Positions 54,365 through 63,985 of a stretch of DNA of 64,000 nt are shown piece after piece (the stretch's first letter is position 1; each line of letters begins with the position of its first letter). The notes under the pieces were generated by a model. The model saw nothing but the letters and a program-made list of their open reading frames with translations, was not told the DNA's origin and did no database searches. Location: contig CAMMMH010000004.1 in NCBI GenBank assembly GCA_946497955.1, positions 12,314-76,313 of the forward strand, in the 5' to 3' direction. The position numbers and the translations under genes are program-made. Source of the stretch: an uncultured Mycoplasmatota bacterium. Its GTDB lineage: Bacteria; Bacillota_I; Bacilli_A; RF39; UBA660.

Positions 54365-54946
54365 ATGGACTTAAGTATAATAGATCAATTAATAACATTT
54401 ATAACTCTTCCCTTTCAATCTTTTTTAACGATTGAAATACTTTTAATATTCCTTCTTATTCTTATATTTTTAATATACAATGAAAAAAGACAAAATAAGA
54501 AAGTTAAATATGCTATAACTGCACTCATAATTTTTTTCTTTTCCTTACTAGCCTTTTATTTTTCAGAAGATATAGTAACAGTTCTAAGTGAAATTGTTAA
54601 AACTATTATGAGATGTTTCTATTTTCCTAATATTGTCTTTTATATTTTAACAGCGATAATCTCTTTAGTTATACTAATATATACTATCTTAAAAAATAAT
54701 CTAACTAAACTAAATAAAATTATTACCTATATTTTTACCCTTATTCATCTATACTTATTTACTAATTTTATATCACTAGCAATTATCAATAATACTTCTT
54801 TAACAAATACTGCTAATATTTATCAACATGATAATATGTTTATAATAGTTTTATTTAGCCAGATTATCTTTATAATACTAATACTTTACAAAGTAATCTA
54901 TCATTTTTGTTATATTAGACATAGTAAATTGAAAAATACAAAGTAA
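54365..54946 (+). CDS. hypothetical polytopic membrane protein
   Basis: Five to six hydrophobic helices. AAGGAG SD. Lies directly after the sortase gene. Confidence 0.5.
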   Translation: MDLSIIDQLITFITLPFQSFLTIEILLIFLLILIFLIYNEKRQNKKVKYAITALIIFFFSLLAFYFSEDIVTVLSEIVKTIMRCFYFPNIVFYILTAIISLVILIYTILKNNLTKLNKIITYIFTLIHLYLFTNFISLAIINNTSLTNTANIYQHDNMFIIVLFSQIIFIILILYKVIYHFCYIRHSKLKNTK

Positions 54947-54977
54947 AATGATATAATGTCTAGGAAGTGAGGTTATT

Positions 54978-57047
54978 ATGAAGAAAAAATTAACTAAATT
55001 CAAAGATAAAATTATTAAAAATTTAAAAAGAATAAAAGAAGAAAAGATGATAAGTAAATATTTTAAAGATAATAGACTTTTTCTTGTCTATGTTTTAGTG
55101 TGTGTTCTAAATTCTACTTTACTAAGAATATTTACAATGCCGACAATGGAAAACTATCTATCTTTTAAACCTATTGTCGCAGATATAGCAGTTGTTACTA
55201 TTATAGGTTCTTTTTCGTACCTTTTTAAAGGAAAGAAAAGATATGTTTATCTACTAGTATGGGCTATTATCTTTACAGCAATTTGTACAATTAACTCTGC
55301 TTATTATACATTCTATACATCATTTGCAAGCGTATCTATGTTATCTCTTACCCAATATATCGGTGAAGTAGGGGATGCAGTTGTAGAAAATGTCTTACAA
55401 TTAAAAGACTTAGTCTATATATTTCCTCTTATTTTCTTCATCTATTACTATCATCGTCTTGCTAAAAAAGATAAATATAAAATTTATACTAAAGAAAAAA
55501 GACTTAAGAAGTTTAAAAATACTATTATAACAGGTGCAATTATTCTTGTCTTATTTATAGTTTCTCTATCAAGTCTAGAAATAAGTAGATTTGTTAAACA
55601 ATGGAATAGAGAATATATAGTTATGAGATTTGGTATTTACTTATATCAAGGAAATGACATTGTCGCTAGTATAAGACCACAAATATCTGCCATGTTTGGG
55701 TATGACGATGCTAAGAAAGAATTTACTGAGTATTACAAAGATAGACCTAATGAACAAGATTATACAAATGAATATACTAATGTTCTTGAAGGACGTAATG
55801 TTATCGTAATCCATGCTGAATCAATGCAAGGAATCGCTATTAATAGAACATTTAATGGCGAAGAAGTAACTCCTAATTTAAATAGATTGATTAAAGAAGG
55901 AATGTACTTTGATAACTTCTATTCAGAGGTTAGTGTAGGAACAAGTAGTGATACTGAATTAACTTATAATACAAGTCTAATGCCTACTCAAAATGGTACC
56001 GCTTTCGTAAGTTACTTTGATAGAACTTATATCTCAACACCATCTTTACTTAAAGAAAAAGGCTACTATACTTTCAGTATGCATGCTAATAACGCTGACT
56101 TCTGGAATAGAAGAGCTATGCATGAGTCTTTAGGATATGATAAGTTCTATAGTAAAGAAACATATGATGTTGATAAAGATAATATTATTGGACTAGGATT
56201 ATCTGATAAATCATTCTTTGCCCAATCAGTAGAAAAGTTAAAGAAAATAAGTAAAGAACATGATAAATATTATGGTTATATCATTACCCTTACAAACCAT
56301 ACTCCATTCTCTGATACTGATAAATATGGAGAATTCCCTGTTACCATGAAAACAACTATAACTAATGAAGATGGTACAACAGAAGAAGTAGAAGCTCCAT
56401 ACTTAGAGGGCACTAAACTAGGTAATTACTTTAAATCAGTTCATTATGCTGATGCTGCTTTAGGAGAGTTCTTTAGTGAAATGGATGAAGCAGGTCTTTT
56501 AGATAATACTGTTGTAATCATATTTGGAGACCATGATGCAAGACTTCCTAGAAGTGAATTTAACTTAATGTATAATTATGACCCAGCCACTGATGATATT
56601 AAAGATAAAGATGACCCTACATATGTAGAGTATGATAGTTTCGATTATGAATTAGACCGTAAAGTCCCACTTATAATCTGGACAAAGGATGGTGCAGTTA
56701 AAGGTCAATATGATTATACAATGGGTATGTATGATGTAATGCCTACAATTGGTAATATGTTAGGCTTCTATAACAAATATGCTTTAGGACATGATATTTT
56801 TGAAACAAAAGAAAACAATATTGTAGTATTTCCTAATGGTAACTGGGTAACAGACAAGATGTATTATAACAGTCAAAAAGGTGAATATAAGCTACTTAAA
56901 GACGAAATAATTGATGAAAACTATATAAAAGAGAATAATGAATATGCTGAAAAACTATTAGATGTTTCTAATAAAGCAATTGTCTTTGACTTATTTAATC
57001 CTAATAGTGAAGAAGAGGCAAGTAAAGCCGTATCTGAAGAGAATTAG
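54978..57047 (+). CDS. ltaS: lipoteichoic acid synthase family protein (LtaS-like sulfatase-domain enzyme)
   Basis: Five N-terminal TM helices plus an extracellular sulfatase domain ('IVIHAESMQG', 'GTSSDTELT', 'TLTNHTPF', 'IFGDHD'). Confidence 0.85.
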   Translation: MKKKLTKFKDKIIKNLKRIKEEKMISKYFKDNRLFLVYVLVCVLNSTLLRIFTMPTMENYLSFKPIVADIAVVTIIGSFSYLFKGKKRYVYLLVWAIIFTAICTINSAYYTFYTSFASVSMLSLTQYIGEVGDAVVENVLQLKDLVYIFPLIFFIYYYHRLAKKDKYKIYTKEKRLKKFKNTIITGAIILVLFIVSLSSLEISRFVKQWNREYIVMRFGIYLYQGNDIVASIRPQISAMFGYDDAKKEFTEYYKDRPNEQDYTNEYTNVLEGRNVIVIHAESMQGIAINRTFNGEEVTPNLNRLIKEGMYFDNFYSEVSVGTSSDTELTYNTSLMPTQNGTAFVSYFDRTYISTPSLLKEKGYYTFSMHANNADFWNRRAMHESLGYDKFYSKETYDVDKDNIIGLGLSDKSFFAQSVEKLKKISKEHDKYYGYIITLTNHTPFSDTDKYGEFPVTMKTTITNEDGTTEEVEAPYLEGTKLGNYFKSVHYADAALGEFFSEMDEAGLLDNTVVIIFGDHDARLPRSEFNLMYNYDPATDDIKDKDDPTYVEYDSFDYELDRKVPLIIWTKDGAVKGQYDYTMGMYDVMPTIGNMLGFYNKYALGHDIFETKENNIVVFPNGNWVTDKMYYNSQKGEYKLLKDEIIDENYIKENNEYAEKLLDVSNKAIVFDLFNPNSEEEASKAVSEEN

Positions 57048-57061
57048 AGGGGAGAAAAACT

Positions 57062-57679
57062 ATGAAATTAAAGAAAAAAGTAAAAGTAATACTAGTAATA
57101 GCAATTCTTTTAATAGTAGCAGGATTAGGCTTCCTTGCCTATGAAAGCATAAAACCTAAAGCTGTTAAAACGGCGACAGTTGAAAATGAAATAAAAGATT
57201 ATGGTTATACCCTTAAATCTACAAGAAATGCTAGATATAAAGAGGCATTTCAAGAATTAAAAGACATTTTAAGTAAGAAAAATGTTGATGAAGAAGCCTA
57301 TCTTAAACAAATAAGTAAAATGTTTATAATGGACTTTTATACCTTAGATGATAAACTTGCAAATACAGATGTTGGTGGTATTGATTTTGTTCATACTAAT
57401 GCTAAAACTAACTTCTTAGAAAAGAGTGAAGATACAGTTTATAAGTATGTAGAAAATGATATTTATGGTAATAGAAATCAAAAATTACCAGAAGTTACTG
57501 ATGTAACAGTTGAAAATATAGAAAATATAGAATATACTATAGGAACAGATTTTACTGATGATAATGCTTATCAAGTAGAAGTTTCTATAAAATATAAAGA
57601 AGATATGGATTATCCTACTAAAGCAACTCTTACTTTTGTTCATGAAGATAATAAGCTATCTTTAGTAGAAGTAGAATAA
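57062..57679 (+). CDS. hypothetical N-terminally anchored protein
   Basis: TM helix 'VILVIAILLIVAGLGFLAY'. No recognised domain. Confidence 0.5.
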   Translation: MKLKKKVKVILVIAILLIVAGLGFLAYESIKPKAVKTATVENEIKDYGYTLKSTRNARYKEAFQELKDILSKKNVDEEAYLKQISKMFIMDFYTLDDKLANTDVGGIDFVHTNAKTNFLEKSEDTVYKYVENDIYGNRNQKLPEVTDVTVENIENIEYTIGTDFTDDNAYQVEVSIKYKEDMDYPTKATLTFVHEDNKLSLVEVE

Positions 57680-57711
57680 TATCTTCTTTTTCTTTAATAG
57701 GGGGAATTTAA

Positions 57712-58518
57712 ATGAATTACAAACTAATTGCCATGAATTTTGATGGTACTCTTTTAAGAGATGATAAAACTATATCAGAAAACACAAAAAATATTTTAAA
57801 ATTATATAAAGACTTAGGTTATTTAATCGTTGGTGTAACAGCAAGAACATTAAAGAGTGCAAAAGATGTAATACCTTTAGATATCTTTAATTATCTTATT
57901 ATAAATAATGGTGTATCTATTTATAATGTAGATAACAATGAAATGATTTATCAAGGAAATATAGATAAAGACACTGCTAAAGCTATTACAGAAGAAATAG
58001 AGAGTTTTTGTGAACAAATAGATTATGTGACAGATAATATGTATTACATATATATTAATAAGAAAAATAGCAATCTTGATTTTATCAGAAATATTAGTAG
58101 TATTGAGGAAATAGATGAACCAGTGGCTAGAATGAATGCATTCTTAAAAGATATAGACAAGGTAAAAGATTATTATGAGTTAATAAGCACTAAATACGAT
58201 AATGTTAATTGCTTCATAATGCAAGACTCTGATAGCATTAATAAGTGGCTTGTAATAAATCCTAAAGGAGTAAATAAAGCGAATACTTTAAAAGAACTAG
58301 GTAAAATAGAAAATATAAGTTTAGATGAGATGATTTTCTTTGGTGATGGATTAAATGACTTAGAAGTAATGGCCGAAGTTGGCTTAGGTGTAGCGATGGG
58401 AAATGCTTTAGAAGAGATTAAAGACAAGTCAAAAGAAGTTACAGAGTCTAACAATGAAGATGGTATAGTAAAGTTTTTAGATAGAAAATTAAATAGACAA
58501 AAAGTTAAGAAACTATAG
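57712..58518 (+). CDS. Cof-type HAD-IIB family hydrolase-like protein (motif I variant)
   Basis: 'GVTARTL' and 'FGDGLNDLEVM...GVAMGNA' are Cof motifs. Motif I reads 'AMNFDGTLL', so Asn replaces the nucleophilic Asp. Confidence 0.75.
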   Translation: MNYKLIAMNFDGTLLRDDKTISENTKNILKLYKDLGYLIVGVTARTLKSAKDVIPLDIFNYLIINNGVSIYNVDNNEMIYQGNIDKDTAKAITEEIESFCEQIDYVTDNMYYIYINKKNSNLDFIRNISSIEEIDEPVARMNAFLKDIDKVKDYYELISTKYDNVNCFIMQDSDSINKWLVINPKGVNKANTLKELGKIENISLDEMIFFGDGLNDLEVMAEVGLGVAMGNALEEIKDKSKEVTESNNEDGIVKFLDRKLNRQKVKKL

Positions 58519-58536
58519 AAAAGGTAGTGATTAATA

Positions 58537-59265
58537 ATGGAAAGATTACAAAAAGTAATAGCAAATGCAGGAATTGCCTCAAGACGTAAAGCTGAAGAAC
58601 TAATTAAAGAGGGTAGAGTAACTGTTAATGGTGCAACAGTTACTGAATTAGGTACTAAAGTAACTAATAAAGATATAATTAAAGTAGATGGTAAACAAAT
58701 TGAAAAAGAAAAAAAAGTTTATTATCTACTTAATAAACCAAGAGGAATAATAACAAGTGTTACTGATGATAAGGAAAGAAAGACTGTAGTTGATTTAATT
58801 CCTTGTCATGAAAGAATTTATCCTGTAGGTAGACTTGATTATGATACAACAGGAGTATTACTACTTACTAATGATGGAGAGTTCGCCAATATCTTAATGC
58901 ATCCAAATGATAAAGTTGAGAAAGTATATATTGTTAAAGTTAAAGGTATTATTAAAGGAGATGCCATTAATACTATAAAAAACGGTGTTACAGTAGATGG
59001 TATAAGTTATGAGAGAGCTAAAGTTAAGTTAAGAAAAACAGATTATAAAACCAATACTTCTATGCTTACAGTTACTATTCATGAAGGACGTAATCATGAA
59101 GTTAAGAAGATGTTTGAAGCAGTTGGTTTTCCTGTTTTAAAACTAAGAAGAGAGCGAGAGTTTATCTTTGATTTAAAAGGCCTAAAGAGTGGAGAATATA
59201 GAAAACTAACCCCTAAAGAAGTCGCTATTGTTTATAGTTTAGAGAAAGGAAGGAAAAATGGATAA
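58537..59265 (+). CDS. rluB: 23S rRNA pseudouridine synthase (RluB/RsuA family)
   Basis: S4 domain 'RLQKVIANAGIASRRKAEELIKEGRVTVNG' and the catalytic 'GRLDYDTTGVLLLTNDG'. Confidence 0.85.
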   Translation: MERLQKVIANAGIASRRKAEELIKEGRVTVNGATVTELGTKVTNKDIIKVDGKQIEKEKKVYYLLNKPRGIITSVTDDKERKTVVDLIPCHERIYPVGRLDYDTTGVLLLTNDGEFANILMHPNDKVEKVYIVKVKGIIKGDAINTIKNGVTVDGISYERAKVKLRKTDYKTNTSMLTVTIHEGRNHEVKKMFEAVGFPVLKLRREREFIFDLKGLKSGEYRKLTPKEVAIVYSLEKGRKNG

Positions 59266-59920
59266 TATTAATTTAAATGAAATTTATAATAAATGTTTAG
59301 AGTTTATTGAACAAATAAAAAATCCAATTTTAAAGGATTGTTGTAAAAAAATATATTCTGATTATAAAGATAAACTATTTAATAAACCAGGTACAAATAC
59401 ACATCACTATTATAAAGGCGGTTTATTATATCATATATACTGTGTAACAAGAAATGCTATTACTATAACTAATTTATATGGGAATTTAGATGTTGATTTA
59501 GATTTGATTATATTTGGTAGTCTTACTCATGATATAGGAAAAACAAGAGACTTTAATGATTTTACAGATGATGAATCTTATATAATGTCTAGTGGCAATA
59601 GTGCAGACTTGTTAGGGCATTCTTATGAGGGGGCTCATATAGTTGAAACATATCTATCTAATTATGATATTGATGAACAGTTTAAAAATCAAGTTATCCA
59701 TATGATAGGTAGTCACATGAATGAATATAGTGAGTGGGGTGCCTTAGTAATGCCTAAAATGTTAGAAGTAACTATAATTAGTTATGCTGATAATATAGAT
59801 TCTCATTTAGAACCAGCTCATAAAATATTATCATTAGCTAATAAAGGTGAAAAATATAAAATTATTAATGCTCCTAGAGAGTATTATAAATCATTAAATC
59901 CTTATTATAATAAAAAATAA
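59258..59920 (+). CDS. HD-domain protein (YhaM-type HD without OB fold)
   Basis: 'HHYYKGGLLYHIYCV' and 'GSLTHDIGK'. Confidence 0.6.
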   Translation: MDNINLNEIYNKCLEFIEQIKNPILKDCCKKIYSDYKDKLFNKPGTNTHHYYKGGLLYHIYCVTRNAITITNLYGNLDVDLDLIIFGSLTHDIGKTRDFNDFTDDESYIMSSGNSADLLGHSYEGAHIVETYLSNYDIDEQFKNQVIHMIGSHMNEYSEWGALVMPKMLEVTIISYADNIDSHLEPAHKILSLANKGEKYKIINAPREYYKSLNPYYNKK

Positions 59921-59945
59921 GAGCACATTAGCTCTTTTTAATTTT
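59919..59945 (+). terminator. rho-independent terminator
   Basis: Stem AAGAGC / GCTCTT, loop ACATTA, then TTTAATTTT. Confidence 0.65.
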
Positions 59946-59956
59946 ATGCTTTTTAA

Positions 59957-60315
59957 CGATTTGGGTGTTTACACCAAAATCGTAATTAATTACATTGTTT
60001 AATTTACTCTGAACTATTTAGTTGTCTTCTTAGTTATTGGTTTCCCGATATCAGCAAAATGTTTTAATAAGTTGTTAGTCCAATGGTTTTTACTATTTTG
60101 GTGTTTACACCAAAATAGTAATTAATTGAATTATTTGTTTTATTAAGTATCTAAACTATTTAGTCGTTACCTTAATTATTTGCTTCCCGACGTTGGCAAG
60201 CCAATCTACTCATTTTGTTACTTTAGTCAATACTGACCATTTTTCCGACGTCGGAAAAATGGTTTATAAGTCGTTAATACAACGGTTTTTACTATTTTGG
60301 TGTTTACACCAAAAT
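59957..60315. repeat. array of repeated hairpin/palindrome modules in a convergent intergenic region
   Basis: The hairpin CTATTTTGGTG-TTTA-CACCAAAATAG occurs three times (59957-82 degenerate, 60093-118, 60292-315). It is interleaved with three CCGA..TCGG-type palindromes (60039-61, 60182-201, and a perfect 26-bp one at 60237-62). Confidence 0.85.
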
Positions 60316-60438
60316 TGGAGTTAATTAAATTATTACTTTTAAAATAAACAACTTAAGTCTATATATTATTTAAAATTATACAAAAAAGAAGCCAATGATA
60401 AAGCTTCTTCTAAAAATACATTTATTATTTTATTAAGA

Positions 60439-60714
<276 letters not shown>

Positions 60715-60793
60715 TTATTTTTATAATTTTGCCTACTTTAAATTTTCTTAATAGTATGATATCATTGTAATATATAGTAAAGTAGGTGATGTC

Positions 60794-61651
60794 ATGGGAA
60801 GAATGGAACGGTATGATAGTTCTAATAGAAATACTGTTAGAAGTAGAACCGAAAAAAATAAAGACCTCTATAATGATTTAGGTAGATTAGAAAAATATAC
60901 AACCCTTACAGATGTTTCTAAAATAGATGCCGTTGAATTAAGTGCTGCGAAAAAGAATTATCGTACAAGAGAAGGATATCACAGTCTAAAAGATTATGAT
61001 ATGAATATAGAAGAAAAACCTAAAGAAAGAAAAGAGTTAGATGAATTTAATTTCTTATATAATAATGAACATAAAACCTATGATATTAATAAAGTCCTAG
61101 AAGAAGCGAAAGAACTAAGAGAAAAAGATGCTTTAGAAAAGAAAAGAAAACTACATAATGAAAAATATAATATTCTAGAAAGTAGTGAAGAAGATTTAGA
61201 GAAATTTAAAGAAGAGACTAAACTAAGACATAAACCTATTGAAAATGAAGAAGAACTTGAAGAGTTAATTCATACTATTACTTCTAAAGAATTAAGAGAA
61301 GAAATAGATAAAGCAGAATCTAATGACAATAATAGCTTACTTAGTGATTTAATGGCTACTAATGTAAATGAAGAAGTGTTAAAGCCTATCGCTACTAAGA
61401 TAGAAGATAGTAAAGTAGAAGATGATACTAAGAAGTTAGATAAAGTTAAAGAAAAGACTATGTCTTTAAAAGATGAAATAGATAAATCATTCTATACTAA
61501 GAGCCTTGATTTGAGTGAAGAGGACTTTGAAAGTGATGATGAGGAAGAGGTTAAACCATCAAAGTTCATCGGTTTCTTAAAATTCTTATTCTCCCTAATC
61601 TTAATCCTTGCTGTTGGTTTTGGCGTATATTATGTAATTACAAACTTTTAA
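60794..61651 (+). CDS. hypothetical acidic coiled-coil protein with C-terminal TM anchor
   Basis: Glu/Lys-rich, ending in 'FIGFLKFLFSLILILAVGFGVYYVI'. Confidence 0.5.
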   Translation: MGRMERYDSSNRNTVRSRTEKNKDLYNDLGRLEKYTTLTDVSKIDAVELSAAKKNYRTREGYHSLKDYDMNIEEKPKERKELDEFNFLYNNEHKTYDINKVLEEAKELREKDALEKKRKLHNEKYNILESSEEDLEKFKEETKLRHKPIENEEELEELIHTITSKELREEIDKAESNDNNSLLSDLMATNVNEEVLKPIATKIEDSKVEDDTKKLDKVKEKTMSLKDEIDKSFYTKSLDLSEEDFESDDEEEVKPSKFIGFLKFLFSLILILAVGFGVYYVITNF

Positions 61652-61715
61652 AAATTGTATATCAAAACTCTTAAAATTTGTATATCAAAATCCTTAAAAA
61701 TTGTATATCAAATAT
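61647..61715 (+). repeat. three tandem 23-bp direct repeats abutting a promoter
   Basis: The core TTGTATATCAAA occurs at 61655, 61678 and 61701, an exact 23-bp period. It is followed by -35 TTGAAT (61715-20), a 17-nt spacer and -10 TATCAT (61738-43). Confidence 0.85.
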
Positions 61716-61766
61716 TGAATAAACCATAAAAATATGTTATCATCTCTATATAGAGGTGATTTCTTT

Positions 61767-63041
61767 ATGAACTTTAATAACGATGAATATATGCCACGAT
61801 TAATTGATAAAAACTTAGATGACTATTTAAAAGTTTTTGGTGCCTTATCTGTTGAAGGACCTAAATGGTGTGGAAAAACATGGACATCTTCTAAGCATGC
61901 TAAAAGTGCTGTCTATTTAGATGATGATGAAACTAAAGAAAGAGCATTACTTGATTTAGAACTGATATTAAATGAAGAACAACCTGAATTAATAGATGAA
62001 TGGCACTTAGTACCTAAAATATGGGATAAAGTTAGAAGAAAATGTGATGAAGATTCTAAGAAGGGTAAATATATATTAACGTGCTCAACAGAATTGAATG
62101 ACGAAAGAAAAAAAGAAGTATTTCATTCGGGGGCAGGTAGAATTGGTAAGATAAAGATGTATACTATGTCGCTTTATGAATCAGGTGACTCTACTGGGGA
62201 TGCATCCTTAACAGCAATGCTAGAAGATAAACAGAAAAATGTTAATGTAAAAATACCTTCCTTAAAAGAACTTGCTAACCTAATAGTAAGAGGTGGCTGG
62301 CCAAGTAATATAAAAGTAGATGCAGATAAAGTGGGATTAATACCTAAAAGTTATATAGAATCTATTCTTGATAAAGATATGAATGATGATAAAAAAAGGG
62401 ACAAAAATAAAATGAGAATGCTGCTTAAATCATTAGCAAGAAATGAATCTACAGTTGTTAGCAATGAAACACTTATAAAAGATATAGATAACTATGAAAA
62501 TGAATCAGAATTAATTGAAAGCAGAATAACTTTAAGAGACTACCTAGATGTATTAGATAGATTGCATATAATAGAAAATCAAGAAGCCTATAGTGAAAAC
62601 TATCGTTCTAAAGAAAGAATAGGTAAATCACCAAAAAGACACTTAACAGACCCCTCACTTGCTTGTGCCTCTTTAAATATGAATGCTGATAAATTACTTA
62701 AAGACTTAAAAACGTTTGGGTTTCTCTTTGAATCGCTAGTAGAACGGGACCTTAGAATATATATAGAATATTTAGGTGGACATCTATATCATTTTAGAGA
62801 TAATGTAACAGGTCTAGAAGTTGATTCAATTTTAGAGTTTTCTAATGGCGATTATGCAGCGGTTGAAATAAAACTAGGATATAATGCTATTGAAACTGCT
62901 AAGAAAGATTTACTAAAATTCTATGATAATATGATAACTAAACCTAAATTCATGTGCATAATAACAGGGAATTTTACATCAGTTGTAAAAGATAAAGAGA
63001 CTGGTATATATATTGTTCCTATAACTGCCTTAAAGCCATAG
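61767..63041 (+). CDS. AAA+ ATPase with DUF4143-type C-terminal domain
   Basis: P-loop 'GPKWCGKTWT', 'LIDEWH' (Walker B-like) and the C-terminal '...FGFLFESLVERDLRIY...' typical of the COG1373/DUF4143 family. Start at ATG 61767 after an AGAGGTGA SD. Confidence 0.7.
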   Translation: MNFNNDEYMPRLIDKNLDDYLKVFGALSVEGPKWCGKTWTSSKHAKSAVYLDDDETKERALLDLELILNEEQPELIDEWHLVPKIWDKVRRKCDEDSKKGKYILTCSTELNDERKKEVFHSGAGRIGKIKMYTMSLYESGDSTGDASLTAMLEDKQKNVNVKIPSLKELANLIVRGGWPSNIKVDADKVGLIPKSYIESILDKDMNDDKKRDKNKMRMLLKSLARNESTVVSNETLIKDIDNYENESELIESRITLRDYLDVLDRLHIIENQEAYSENYRSKERIGKSPKRHLTDPSLACASLNMNADKLLKDLKTFGFLFESLVERDLRIYIEYLGGHLYHFRDNVTGLEVDSILEFSNGDYAAVEIKLGYNAIETAKKDLLKFYDNMITKPKFMCIITGNFTSVVKDKETGIYIVPITALKP

Positions 63042-63145
63042 AGAACTAGAAAATAATAATATTTATTTTCTATTCTCTTTTATTGTGGCGAATTTTATGA
63101 TAAACTTTAAATATGAACAACAATATCGATAAGGGGGAATAGAAA

Positions 63146-63985
63146 ATGAATTTAAACTTTGTTTTAAATGATTATGTTTTAATCTGGAATCTTTTATTTA
63201 GTGCTTCTATTTCTTCTGATATTCAAAGCTTTAAACAGAAGTTGTGGAAAAACTATCGTCATAGTTATAATGAATTATATAAAGAAGAAGAATTAATATT
63301 AAAAGACCCTAAAAACTATATACCAGATGATGATACTATCTTTGATATGGTTAAAGCTAGTGATATATATAAAGAAATAAGAGAAGAAACAGAAAAATAT
63401 CGTCTAGATTTATTACATACTTGGGATAAAATAAAAAAAGACTTAAATAAAAACTTAAAAGAGATACTTAGATTTGATATTAAACTATATCATGTTTTAG
63501 TTGTTGACAAAAAGTTAGATGTTATAGGAATGAAAATACCTAAGAGTAGAAGAGTAAATACTATTACTTGGGGGAATAGAGTTGATAGTGATAACTATAC
63601 CCTTGCCATTATCAATATTATTGAACATATCGTAAGAAAAGAACTTGCTAACTATCAAGTAGAATATAAAGATATCGTTGATGCTATTATTGAACTTGCA
63701 ATAGATAATGAACTTACATCAAGAACCTTGAAAAAAAGTGTTTACTTAAGAGGAGATAGTTCTCTAAAATACCTAAAAAGACAACTATATCCTTACTTTC
63801 TTATGTACTTAGGTTATTCTAAAGAAGAGATATTAAATAGAATGATGGAAGATAAGATTATCTTTGAACTAGATAAATATACTTTTGAAAGAGGCCTTGC
63901 TACAGTTGATTTAAAGACTTTTATTAACTTTTGTATTAAGAACCAAAAACATATTTTAAAGATTAAAGAATTAGAAATAATATAG
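63146..63985 (+). CDS. hypothetical protein (279 aa)
   Basis: Long ORF with a GGGGGA SD. No recognised motif. Confidence 0.5.
   Translation: MNLNFVLNDYVLIWNLLFSASISSDIQSFKQKLWKNYRHSYNELYKEEELILKDPKNYIPDDDTIFDMVKASDIYKEIREETEKYRLDLLHTWDKIKKDLNKNLKEILRFDIKLYHVLVVDKKLDVIGMKIPKSRRVNTITWGNRVDSDNYTLAIINIIEHIVRKELANYQVEYKDIVDAIIELAIDNELTSRTLKKSVYLRGDSSLKYLKRQLYPYFLMYLGYSKEEILNRMMEDKIIFELDKYTFERGLATVDLKTFINFCIKNQKHILKIKELEII

Noticed and set aside
56962-57144. 60-aa plus-strand ORF bridging the end of ltaS and the start of the next gene.
   Set aside because: It overlaps two better-supported ORFs in other frames, and no SD precedes it. It is a frame artefact.
59946-60330. Possible CRISPR array, given the repeated ~26-nt hairpin with ~150-190-bp spacing.
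   Set aside because: The spacing is far longer than CRISPR spacers. The 'spacers' themselves share sequence (units are tandem duplicates). Only three copies exist, and no cas genes are in the window.
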